From Octopus bimaculoides (Eukaryota): 64,000 nt of DNA. The position numbers and the translations under genes are program-made. The notes beneath the pieces are model-generated. The model was not told the origin of the DNA. It searched no databases and saw only the letters and a program-made list of their open reading frames with translations. Below, piece after piece: positions 23,763 through 34,830 of the stretch. The stretch lies in the NCBI RefSeq assembly GCF_001194135.2, contig NC_068991.1:42706689-42770688 (forward strand), read 5' to 3'. The number at the start of each line of letters is the position of its first letter. Within the stretch, counting starts at the first letter, position 1.

Positions 23763-23990
23763 GGGGATATGGCATAGTGGTTAAGAGCACAGGCTACTAA
23801 CCCCAAAATTCCGAGTTCAATTCCAGGCAGTGACCTGAATAATAATAATAACATCAAAAAATACCTTAGGAATGAGAACCCAGGTTTGAAATTTCCCCAA
23901 GACACCTGATGAAGGCTGGAGGGTATATCAGCCAAAGCGTTGTGTTAACAACAAACAAGACAAAGACAAATGTTCATCAAATGTAAAAAG
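23763..23990 (+). mobile_element. tRNA-headed SINE with a hammerhead-like 3' module
   Basis: A-box TGGCATAGTGG (23770-23780), B-box GAGTTCAATTCC (23813-23824), then GACAC-CTGATGA-A-GGCTG-loop-CAGCC-AAAGC-GTT-GTGT (23901-23945). Confidence 0.7.
23901..23946 (+). ncRNA. Minimal type-I hammerhead-like motif (core mutated in this copy)
   Basis: Stem I ACAC/GTGT, CUGAUGA, extra A, 5-bp stem II GGCTG/CAGCC; expected GAAAC reads AAAGC; GUU cleavage triplet. Confidence 0.55.
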
Positions 23991-24034
23991 CTTCCTTTTT
24001 TAGCTTTCTGATATGATTCTTTGATACCCACTCT

Positions 24035-24350
24035 TTTCTATTCTTTCTAGATCCATCTCTTCTCTTTTATGGCCCTGTCAATGTCACTGTTTCACCACCA
24101 TGTCACCCTTGGTCTGGCAAATGCTTTAGTCCAGCCACAGATTTGGTCTGTTGCCCTCAGTAGATTGTCCTGCAGGAACTTCCAGTTGTCCTCTGTATCA
24201 TATGTCTCTACCTCTTCCTCCTCATCAAATGCTTCATTAAGAACATCTCCAAATTTCTGTCTATCTGAAGGATCCTTGAACTTCCAGAACCTCATTTTCC
24301 ATACCAGCTTGCATCTCTGGATCCTTCTCTCTTTAAGCTTATTTATTATC
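24035..24350 (-). mobile_element. RTE LINE linker fragment
   Basis: RFWKFKDPSDRQKFGDVLNEAFDEEEE..WKFLQDNLLRATDQICGWTK..RPRVTWW; paralogous to 13487-13980. Confidence 0.75.
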
Positions 24351-24454
24351 CACTAAAGGATAATACATATATATATACAAATATATGTGCATGAGGTGGG
24401 AGGCTTACAGCTTATAGCTATCTGTTACATGTACTAGTATGAAAATGTCCTCTG

Positions 24455-24735
24455 TCTTCTGCTAGATCATCCTACCAGGGCTTTACTCTGATTCAATGCA
24501 GCAGCTGTTGGCTGGAAAAGGCCTAGTGGCAGCTCCCACACCAGATAGCTGGATGTGATTGGGGAAGATCTCCAGAAGCTTGATGCCACCCCGGAGGATG
24601 CAGTTGGGCTGGCACAGGACTGCCAGCAATGGAAAGCAATGGTGGACCTTGTCAGGTCTATGCATGATGACATCTCTGGGTCCTCTAACTTGGGATGACC
24701 CCAGCCCCATCAAGCAAGAGCATGAAGCAAGCAAA
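24455..24735 (+). mobile_element. RTE LINE 3' end (second RTE family) with CAAG-type tail
   Basis: Frameshifted DHPTRALL..GWKRP..W LDVIGEDLQKL..EDAVGLAQDCQQWKAMV, matching the RTE C-terminal KRPxGRP..W..D..W pattern; tail agcaagcaaac. Confidence 0.7.
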
Positions 24736-24761
24736 CAAAACATATGTATACATGTATAGAT

Positions 24762-24796
<35 letters not shown>

Positions 24797-24802
<6 letters not shown>

Positions 24803-24945
24803 CAATTTAACAAATAAACAATTCAAAAAACAAATAAAAAAATGAAGAGAGAAAAAATGAAAAGAAATAAAAAGAGAAAGAAAATGAACATGAGGACATG
24901 CACAAGAATGATATTAGTTTGATGCTTGGTGAAAGGAGAGAATTG
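24797..24945 (-). mobile_element. Family F 3' fragment
   Basis: Similar to 14772-14890 (atgatattagtttgatgctt.gt.aaaggagaga); truncated before the hammerhead motif; flanked by (CA)n and (TA)n. Confidence 0.65.
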
Positions 24946-24951
24946 TGTGTA

Positions 24952-24985
<34 letters not shown>

Positions 24986-25079
24986 CTTAAGTGCTACCAG
25001 CTGTATCCAGAAGAAAAAAGAGAAATGCTTCCTGGATGAAACAGAAACAGTAATGTTGATGAGCGTGTGTTTGAGCATC

Positions 25080-25400
25080 ATCATCATCATCATCATCGTT
25101 TAACATCCACCTTCCATGCTGGCGTGTATACGCACACACACACACACACATACAAACACACACACACATACAAACACACACACACATACAAACACACACA
25201 CACATACAAACACACACACACATACAAACACACACAAATGCACATACATATATACATACATAGATATTTACATATTTACACACACACAGATAGACACACA
25301 TGCACACACATATACAACATACATATATATCAATATAATTCATACACCCAAGCACATGCACTTACACACATACATATAGAAACATATACACATACACACA
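25080..25400. repeat. C tail fragment followed by 18-bp CA-rich minisatellite (CACACACACACATACAAA) x about 5
   Basis: Direct reading; explains the HTHTYK-repeat ORFs. Confidence 0.8.
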
Positions 25401-25904
25401 CATATGTAAAGTGGTTGACAAAGGAGAGTAGACATGATGTCAAGAGGACTCTTTAGCCTTGTAATAAACATAGGAATCATTCTAGTGCTGTTGCCATGAT
25501 AAAATACACAGAGTTCCTTTTGTAAAGTGGTTGGTGATGGGAAGGGCAACCAGCTAAAGAAACCAAAAACCTAAAGGAAATGTAGAAATGAGACTTTGCT
25601 CCTTAATCCATTTAGGAGAGAAGTGGCTTCAAACAAGTGAATCAGTTTGTGGACAACCACTCCCAGCCATACCAACATTAAAAGAGGACATAAAGTGATG
25701 ATAATAATAATGATGATGTTGATGAGGAGGAGGATGATGAGGTTGACGATGGTAATAATGAGGATGATGATCATATAGATTGGTGAAAACTAATGTTGTC
25801 AAAAGCCAATGGGATAGCATCATTGTGATACCTCTTCTTGTTAAGACACAGCAGTCAAATCTTGATTTCCTTATTGAGGAAAAAAAAAGGAAAAAAATCC
25901 AACA

Positions 25905-26000
25905 TATTGATTGATTTAATGTGTTGATTGAACAATCAACCAGTTGTTAGTTTTCTCTATCAGAGACTGTTTGTCACTATTCACAACCCCATCAATATAA
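25905..26000 (+). repeat. Interspersed repeat family G (2 copies)
   Basis: tttaatgtgtt.attgaacaatca..cagttgttagttt..ct.t.tcagagac recurs at 29040-29130. Confidence 0.6.
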
Positions 26001-26264
26001 ACTATAAGATTAAACAGAGATTTGACATCAAGCAGCTGACTTTGTAGAAGCCCTCAAAATTATTCACCATATTTTCAACAACAATTTTGACTACCATTTT
26101 GAGTTTAATAGTTCTATCATCCATGAATACACTTATTAATCAAATAACAGTGTAGTACCCATGACTTCTCAAAACATTCTTCTTATATATGACATATATA
26201 TTTTTGCCTTTTGGTTGAAAAGTTTCTAATAAGCCACCCTTATTATTTATATATATATATATAT

Positions 26265-26720
26265 GCGAGGTCGTTGCCAGTGCCATTGGACTGGCTCCTG
26301 TGCAGGTGGCATGTAAAAAACATCTTTTTGAGTGTGGCCATTACCACTACTGTGTGATTGGCCCTCGTGCTGGTGGCACGTAAAAGCACCCACTACACTC
26401 TCGGAGTGGTTGGCGTTAGGAAGGGCATCCAGCTGTAGCAACCCTGCCAGATCAGATTGAAGCTTGGTGCAGCCTTCTGGCTTGCCAGTCCTCAGTCAAA
26501 TCGTCCAACCCATGCTAGCATGGAAAGCGGACATTAAACAATGATGATGATGATGATGATATATATATATATCTGTGTGTGTGTGCCTTTGTATTTGTCA
26601 CCCACCGCTGCTTGACAACTGGTGTTGGTTTGCTTAGATCCCTGTAACTTAGCAAAAAGAAACCAACAGAATAAGTACAAGGCTTAAAAAAAAAAAAAGA
26701 AACTGAAACAGATAAAGAAT
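26265..26720 (+). mobile_element. Repeat C copy followed by a SINE B 3' fragment
   Basis: gttaggaagggcatccagctgtag..ccatgctagcatggaaagcggacattaaac(gat)n at 26265-26560; B fragment at 26575-26720. Confidence 0.8.
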
Positions 26721-27054
26721 TAATGCTGAAAGATGCTTAGAATTGTTGAAGCTTGGAATAAACAACTTATGCCAGTTGTTAGCTATCAGGACACTGTATC
26801 CTTCAAAAGTTCCATGCTTCCCCATATTTTTCAACACTACTCCTGATGAACCTCTGCACCATTCTTCTTTATGGCTCTTTTATTATTCACTTTTCTGTTC
26901 TTTTGTGTTTTATTTTATGTGCTGTGCATGTACTTTAGGCTATCAATGCTTTCTTTCTTTACTTGACTTATTGTTGTTTTCTGACTGCTTTCTTTATCCT
27001 TTTCCAATGAGTTTTAGTGCACTTGAGCACTATATACAATAAGCTCATTACTAC

Positions 27055-27660
27055 TATAATTGTTTCAAATTTGGTGGCAGGCTAGCAATTTTAAGAGGAG
27101 TGTACTAGTTGATTATATTGATTCTATTGACTTCATTAACTGGAACCTATTTTATCAATCCTGAAAAGGTGAAAGGCAAAGTCAACCTTGGTGGCAGAAT
27201 TCGAAGTTGGAATGATCTTCAAATGTTTGATCTTTGGATGTTGAGTCTCACAGAGGTGATGACAAGAGACCAAAACTTTTGGCAATTTGCTGTGTTTGAG
27301 AAAACACATCAAGCAAAGAGATATTGTAGTTACAGCCAGTGTCAGTAACATGTGACAGGCACTCATATTAGTGACATATAAAAGACACTCATACCGGTGA
27401 CATTTAAAAGGCACCTGTGCCGGTGACATGTAAAAGGCACCTGTGCCGGTGACAAGTAAATGGCACCCATGCCAGTGATATGTAAGAGGCACCTAGTACA
27501 CTCTGTGGAGTGGCTGACATTAGGAAGGGCATCCAGCTGTAGAAACCAAGCCAAAACAGACAAACGGAGCCCAGTGCAGCTCTCCAGTTTATCAACTCCA
27601 GTCAAAATGTCTTACCCATGCTAGCATAAAAAATGGACACTAAATGATGATGATGATGAA
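27055..27660. mobile_element. SINE D fragment (minus) and repeat C (plus) with a tandem array of about 28-bp units
   Basis: D body at 27055-27215; gtgacatgtaaaaggcacctgtgccg-type units x about 5 at 27340-27495; C tail to 27660. Confidence 0.75.
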
Positions 27661-28502
27661 TGTAAAGAGCTTAGAAGAAATGCTCTCCAAACATTTTGTC
27701 CAATATACTAATGATTCTACCAGCTTGCCTATTATTATAATGAAAAATATTCAACTATTCTAAAGCCCATATGAAATTAATAACTCCTCCTTCATCTGTC
27801 TTTCTGAATTATGATGCTTGAGGTGGGTGGGAAAGGGTTACACTCTTGCAGCCTTCACTTGTTCCACCCGAGTTTTCTTCCATGTTCTCTTTTATTCTTG
27901 GCCATATTACTCAGAGAATTTGGCAGCTCCTCCCCCTCCTCTTCCCTATTACTCTATACACAACCCCTGTAACTTCTCCCAATACCTCACACACCTCTTT
28001 GTCAGTCATTTAATCTCTCTCATTTTCCATTTCTCTCCACATATGTGTATGTATATGTGTGTTTATGCATCTCAATGTTTGTGTATATGTGTATGTTTAT
28101 GTTAATTTCTTGTGGTATTTACTTCCTAAAATGAGATAACATTAGCACTTGAGGTACCTGGGATGGTATAGTTGACTAAAACCCTTAAGGATGGCGCCAC
28201 ATCATGGTTGCAGAGAGTAACTGAAATCCATACAAGAATAAAGGAGTTCATATATGTAAATAGAGTCAGACTAGACATTGATAAAGACAAACTATAGTAA
28301 TTTGAGGAGCTGGCTGAGTTGAAATATTAGCATACTTAGTATTGTGTGAATTTGTAAATACATGCTTCAAAGTTTCACATACTTGGGTAAAATACTAATT
28401 ATATAAACAATGTTTCTCTCACTCTCTTACACACGCACATACATACATGCACTTGCATACATGAATATATGCATTTATGCACATGTGAACACACACGCAT
28501 AT

Positions 28503-28935
28503 ATAGGTGCAGGTTCCCAACCATATGGTTCTGGGTTCATTCCTGCTGCATGGCACCTTGGGTGTCTTCCACTATAGCCTCAGACTGACCAAAGCCTTGT
28601 GAGTGGATTTGGTAGATGGAAACCGAAAGAAACCCATCATATCTATCTAGCTGTCTGTCTGTCTGTCTGTGGGCGTGTGTGTGTGCATGTGTGTGTGTAT
28701 GCGTGTGTGTGCATGCATGCATGCATAAGTGTGTTTCTGTCTTTGTGTCTGCATTTGTCCCCCTCTCCACCACTTGACAACTGGTGTTGGTGTGTTTATG
28801 TGCCCATAACTTAGTGGTTCAGCAAAAGAGACCAATTGAATAAGCACCATGCTTAAAAAAATAAAATACTGGGGCTAATTGATTCAACAAAAAATTCTTC
28901 ATGGCTGCAGTCTAATTATTGAAACAAGTAAAAGA
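28503..28935 (+). mobile_element. SINE family B
   Basis: Head-to-tail match to 13075-13483, with more substitutions. Confidence 0.8.
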
Positions 28936-29351
28936 TCTCATTGTGTCTAGGTAGGGTCATTATGCTAATAAAGATTAAAATAAACATATGCACTCGTTCA
29001 ATACCACTTCTTTAATATACCAACTAACTACCCAATGATTTGTTTAATGTGTTAATTGAACAATCAGTCAGTTGTTAGTTTACTTTGTCAGAGACCTTTC
29101 ATCACTATTCATGACCTTATCAATGATATGCCCTCACTCTCCAGGATCTGTGTTTAGTCTGTCTGAGAACTAGACTCATGCCTATGTGTGTATGTATGTA
29201 TGTGTGAATGTAGATGCGTGAGTGTTTACTAGTAGGAGTGATCTGTTGCTTTGACACATGCAGACAGGAAAAGATGAATGTTAAGACATTAATCAACATG
29301 ATTATGATGCATACATACATACATACATACATACATACATACATACATACA

Positions 29352-29382
<31 letters not shown>

Positions 29383-29402
29383 GTACGTACGTATGTAGAT
29401 AT

Positions 29403-29439
<37 letters not shown>

Positions 29440-29441
<2 letters not shown>

Positions 29442-29605
29442 GGCATGGCTGTATGCTGGTAAGAAGCATGCTTCTCAACTGCATGGTTCCACATTCAGTC
29501 CCGCTGTATAGCACCTTGGGCAAGTGTTCTCCACTACAGCCTCAGACCAATCATAGCCTTGTCTTGTGAATGGATTTGGTAGACAGAAACTGATGGAAAC
29601 CTATC

Positions 29606-29675
<70 letters not shown>

Positions 29676-30404
29676 ATGTGTGTGTGTCTTTGTGTAATAT
29701 ATTTGTCCATGTGATGGTGTGTATCTTAGTGGTTAGAGTGTTGGATTCATGATCATAAGTTTGTGGTTTCAATTCCTGTGTGTGTTCATGATCTTGAGTA
29801 AAGCACTTCATTTCACATTGCTCCATCCAATCAGTTAGCAAAAGGGAGTAATCCTGTGAGAGACTGGTGTCCCATCTAGGTGGAGAATATATATATGCTA
29901 TGAAACCAGAAAACTGGCCTTTATGAATCAGCATGACTGGAGAAGATTTTTTTTCTGTGTTTGTCCCCACCACTGCTTGACAACCAGCCTTGGTGTGTTT
30001 ATGTCCTCGTAACTTAGTGATCTGTCAAAAGAGACTGATAGAGTAAGTACCAGGCATAAAAAGAAAGTACTGGGGTCGATTCATTCAACTAAAATTTCTT
30101 CAAGGTGGTGCCCTAGCATGGCTGCAGTCAAAGATACATATATAAAAAGCATCCAGTCCATACTGTAAGGGGGTTGGCATTTGGAAGGGCATCCAGCTGT
30201 AAAAATCATGTCAAAACTAACCTTACCTGTGTTAGCGCCACGCAAAAAGCACTGAGTACACTCTGCAGAGTAGTTGGTGTTAGGAAAGGTATCCAGCTGT
30301 AAAAACCCTGCCAAAACAGACAGAGTAGTATAGCGGAGTTTTTCTACCTGGCCAGCTCCTATGAACCATCCTGCCCATGCATGCATGGAAGATGGACGTT
30401 AAAC

Positions 30405-30435
<31 letters not shown>
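29440..30435 (+). mobile_element. SINE B with a nested A-type head (about 29720-29960), followed by a duplicated C segment
   Basis: B head 29440-29605; cttagtggttagagtgttggattcatgatc..ggtttcaattcc head; B tail 29960-30135; two gaagggcatccagctgtaaaaa units; (GAT)n tail. Confidence 0.7.
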
Positions 30436-30468
<33 letters not shown>

Positions 30469-31228
30469 NNNNNNNNNNNNNNNNNNNNNNNNNNNNNNNN
30501 NNNNNNNNNNNNNNNNNNNNNNNNNNNNNNNNNNNNNNNNNNNNNNNNNNNNNNNNNNNNNNNNNNNNNNNNNNNNNNNNNNNNNNNNNNNNNNNNNNNN
30601 NNNNNNNNNNNNNNNNNNNNNNNNNNNNNNNNNNNNNNNNNNNNNNNNNNNNNNNNNNNNNNNNNNNNNNNNNNNNNNNNNNNNNNNNNNNNNNNNNNNN
30701 NNNNNNNNNNNNNNNNNNNNNNNNNNNNNNNNNNNNNNNNNNNNNNNNNNNNNNNNNNNNNNNNNNNNNNNNNNNNNNNNNNNNNNNNNNNNNNNNNNNN
30801 NNNNNNNNNNNNNNNNNNNNNNNNNNNNNNNNNNNNNNNNNNNNNNNNNNNNNNNNNNNNNNNNNNNNNNNNNNNNNNNNNNNNNNNNNNNNNNNNNNNN
30901 NNNNNNNNNNNNNNNNNNNNNNNNNNNNNNNNNNNNNNNNNNNNNNNNNNNNNNNNNNNNNNNNNNNNNNNNNNNNNNNNNNNNNNNNNNNNNNNNNNNN
31001 NNNNNNNNNNNNNNNNNNNNNNNNNNNNNNNNNNNNNNNNNNNNNNNNNNNNNNNNNNNNNNNNNNNNNNNNNNNNNNNNNNNNNNNNNNNNNNNNNNNN
31101 NNNNNNNNNNNNNNNNNNNNNNNNNNNNNNNNNNNNNNNNNNNNNNNNNNNNNNNNNNNNNNNNNNNNNNNNNNNNNNNNNNNNNNNNNNNNNNNNNNNN
31201 NNNNNNNNNNNNNNNNNNNNNNNNNNNN

Positions 31229-31264
<36 letters not shown>

Positions 31265-31346
31265 GCTAATAAGCCACCCTTTTTAATTTATTATATATAT
31301 TTATATATAATAATAGATAGATAGATAGATATGTAAATATGTACAT

Positions 31347-31396
<50 letters not shown>

Positions 31397-31625
31397 AGAC
31401 AAATATTCATATATAATACTTATACAAAAATACTAAAACACAAATGCACATATCATATAACATGTACACAGACACACACACACATGCATGTATGTATGTA
31501 TGTATGTATGTATGTATGTATGCATGTATGTATGTATGCATGCATGCATGCATGCGTGCATGCATGTATGCATGCATGTATGTATGTACGTATATCCATA
31601 TCTATCTATCTATCTATCTACCTAC

Positions 31626-31699
<74 letters not shown>

Positions 31700-31714
31700 A
31701 TACATACATACACT

Positions 31715-31870
31715 CTCACACCATTTTTTTCCTCTTAACCCTTTCTGTCAAAGAGCGTAGACTTGAAACATAAAAGACCTTAGCATTTTTCCTGAGTGTT
31801 AAAATAATACACCCGCTTGTTGTTCCTACACCTGCCTTCATCTTTTGCTTTCTGTAAATTTAAACTACAA
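31715..31870 (+). mobile_element. P1-related Penelope-like terminus with a CpG-decayed hammerhead-like motif
   Basis: CTTT-CTGTCAA-A-GAGC-GTAG-ACTT-GAAAC-ATA-AAAG (31741-31776); downstream sequence resembles 62247-62335; embedded in (TA)/(CATA)n. Confidence 0.55.
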
Positions 31871-31906
31871 ACATACATGCATACATACACACACATACAT
31901 ACATAC

Positions 31907-31938
<32 letters not shown>

Positions 31939-32260
31939 TGCTTTACATGCATTTTTGATCAAATCTTCTGCAAGTTAACATGGGATCCCTTGATGACAAT
32001 GTAAACTTCATTTGACTAAGGTATCATTGGCCTGATAAATAGCTAGTGGAGTACCCCTCATTTGGGTAATTACTACTTCTGAGGTTCTGCTAACTATGAA
32101 ACATATGTAGCCTGGATTTTATCTACTCCATTTCCAAAATTTGGATATACCATGTCCTTGTGTTGTTTTTTCTTGTTTTTTCTTCTTTGTTTGGATTCAC
32201 TATATATATATATATTCTCAGGATTAAATAAAAAGACAAGAAATGGAAAATATAACATAC

Positions 32261-32319
32261 CTATATATATAATTAAAAAAATATCTAGTAAATACACAAA
32301 TAAGCATATGCTAAATACA
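32261..32319 (-). CDS. Weak candidate exon (59 nt), hydrophobic
   Basis: Acceptor ttctgtgttttctgtttgccAG, donor TAG|GTATGT; single open frame xVFSICLFVYLLDIFLIIYI; composition is AT-rich, so chance is plausible. Confidence 0.2.
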
Positions 32320-32368
32320 CTGGCAAACAGAAAACACAGAAGGTCACCGATTCTTCATATATATATAT

Positions 32369-32649
32369 TACTCTTTACTCTTTAACTTGTTTCAGTCATT
32401 TGACTGCGGCCATGCTGGAGCACCGCCTTTAGTCGAACAAATCGACCCCAGGACTTATATACCCAACATTGCTTGACAACCGATGCTGGTGTGTTTATGT
32501 CCCCGTAACTTAGCAGTTCGGCATAAGAGACCGATAGAATAAGTACTAGGCTTCCAAAGAACAAGTCCTGGGGTCGATTTGCTCGACTAAAGGCGGTGCT
32601 CCAGTATGGCCACAGTCACATGACTGAAACAAGTAAAAGAGTAAAAGAG
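32369..32649. mobile_element. Two SINE B 3' ends in inverted orientation
   Basis: Arm 32369-32458 is the reverse complement of 32563-32649; the spacer is B-internal sequence; (TA)n on both sides. Confidence 0.85.
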
Positions 32650-33034
32650 AATATATATATAGGTAGAGGTGTGGCTGAGTAGTAAAAAGCTTGCTTCCTA
32701 ACNNNNNNNNNNNNNNNNNNNNNNNNNNNNNNNNNNNNNNNNNNNNNNNNNNNNNNNNNNNNNNNNNNNNNNNNNNNNNNNNNNNNNNNNNNNNNNNNNN
32801 NNNNNNNNNNNNNNNNNNNNNNNNNNNNNNNNNNNNNNNNNNNNNNNNNNNNNNNNNNNNNNNNNNNNNNNNNNNNNNNNNNNNNNNNNNNNNNNNNNNN
32901 NNNNNNNNNNNNNNNNNNNNNNNNNNNNNNNNNNNNNNNNNNNNNNNNNNNNNNNNNNNNNNNNNNNNNNNNNNNNNNNNNNNNNNNNNNNNNNNNNNNN
33001 NNNNNNNNNNNNNNNNNNNNNNNNNNNNNNNNNN

Positions 33035-33575
33035 GGCCAGTGAGGTGGTACTGGCAACGGCCACTCTCAAAATGGTGTATTTTACGTGCCACCTCCACAG
33101 GAGCCAGTCCAGCAGCCAGTCCAGCAGCACTGGCAACGATCTCGCTCAAATGTCTTTACACATGCCACCAGCACAAGTGCCAGGAAGGCGATGCTGGGCA
33201 CAGGTGCCATCACGATTTCGATTTCGCTTGCCCCAACAGGTCTACACAAGCCGAGTTCAGTGTCCAATGAAGGAGACGACGTTGGCATGGGTGCCAGTCG
33301 TTGAATTTAGTTCGATTTCGATTTAACTTGCCGCTAGTTATGTCTATGTCTTTGTGTCCTTGTTTGTGCCCCCCCCATCGTTTGACAACCAATGTTGCTG
33401 TGTTTATGTCCCCGTAATTCAACGATTCAGCAAAAGACACCAATAGAATAAGTACTACGCTTACAAACAATAAGTCCAAGGGTTGATTTCTTCGACTAAA
33501 ACCCTTTAAGTCAGTGCTCCAGCATGGTCACAATCAAATGACTGAAACAAGTAAAGGAATAAAAGAATGAAAGAA
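33035..33575. mobile_element. Repeat C internal part (minus) and SINE B 3' half (plus)
   Basis: 33035-33330 matches 1375-1660; 33335-33575 matches the B tail. Confidence 0.8.
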
Positions 33576-34179
33576 TGTACACACACACACACACATGCAT
33601 GCGAGTGTGCATGCGTGCACATACACATGTCTGTATGTATGTATATGTTTATATATGGTGGAGTACTTTTATATGGTCAGGTTGTGATGAAGTTTGCATT
33701 GCATTGCATTGCAGCCTTGATATACCTGGTACAATCTTAGTGAGTGGCATTTTGAGCATGTGTCTGTTATCATAACCTTGGATTGATCCAAGCCTTGTGA
33801 GTGAAACTGAATAGCTAGAAATCATTAAGACTTATTGGATGAACCCTAATGTAATTCAAAGGGACAGGTTTGTCACACACTGAGTCTGCCTATTGATTAT
33901 GTTAATGATATACAAGACTGTGAAGGTGCAGTATGATCAAATAGTTAAAAAGTTTGTTTTGCAAGCACAAGGACCCAGATTCAATCCTACTGCATGGCAT
34001 CTTGAGCGAATGTAATTTTTCATAGCTGTAGATCAACTTATGCCTTGTGAGTGAAATTGAGTGGATGGAAGCTGTATAGAAGCCCATCGGATGGTTTGTA
34101 GCTGTAATTAAAAAGATACAGCCTTATCACACACTTGTGCCATGCTGAATCTACCTGAGGATTACATTAAAGGTACACT

Positions 34180-34590
34180 GTGCAGGCATGGCTGTGTGGT
34201 AAGGAGCTTGCTTCCCAACCACATGGTTCCAGGTCCAGTCCCACTGCATGGCACCTTGGGCAAGTGTCTTCTGCTATTGTTTGAGTCAACCAAAGCCTTG
34301 TGAATGGATTTAGTAGACAAAAACTGAAAGTAACCTGTGGTATGTATATGTGTGCCTGTCTGTCTGTGTCTGTGTTTGTTCCCCACCACCACTTGACAAC
34401 CATTGTTGGTATGTTTACATACCTGTAACTTAGCAATTCAGCAAAATAGATTGATAGAATAAGTACCAGGCTAAAAGAAAAACAAAATGTACTGGAATAA
34501 ATTCATTAAAAAAAAGATTCTTTAAGGAAGGCAGTGCCCCAACATGACCACAGTCTGATGAATGAAACAAGTAAAAGATAAAAAATAAAA
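34180..34590 (+). mobile_element. SINE family B
   Basis: gcaggcatggctgtgtggtaagg head through gaaacaagtaaaagataaaa tail; an older degenerate B head lies at about 33700-34160. Confidence 0.8.
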
Positions 34591-34592
34591 GC

Positions 34593-34830
34593 CTGTCTGT
34601 GGAATACTTGACCACTTAATTATCTATTCAGAAACAGGTAATTCAATTTATTGAACAAATGAGTATTCATCACTGAATGACAGAGATCCATCACACATGT
34701 CTGTGGAATACTCAGCCATTTATATATCAATTCAGATGACCAGACAACTGATTCTTCATTATTGAATGATGGAGATCCATCACATATGCAAGTCAAATAC
34801 TCAGTCACATATATACTATGATACAATGAG
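34593..34830. repeat. Degenerate tandem repeat of about 95 bp, x 2.5
   Basis: tgtctgtggaatact at 34594 and 34698; gagatccatcaca at 34684 and 34773; aatactcag.cac/cat recurs a third time at about 34795. Confidence 0.65.

Noticed and set aside
27340-27495. CRISPR-like array of about 28-bp repeats
   Set aside because: Units are directly tandem with no unique spacers, lie inside repeat C, and there are no cas genes in this eukaryotic context.
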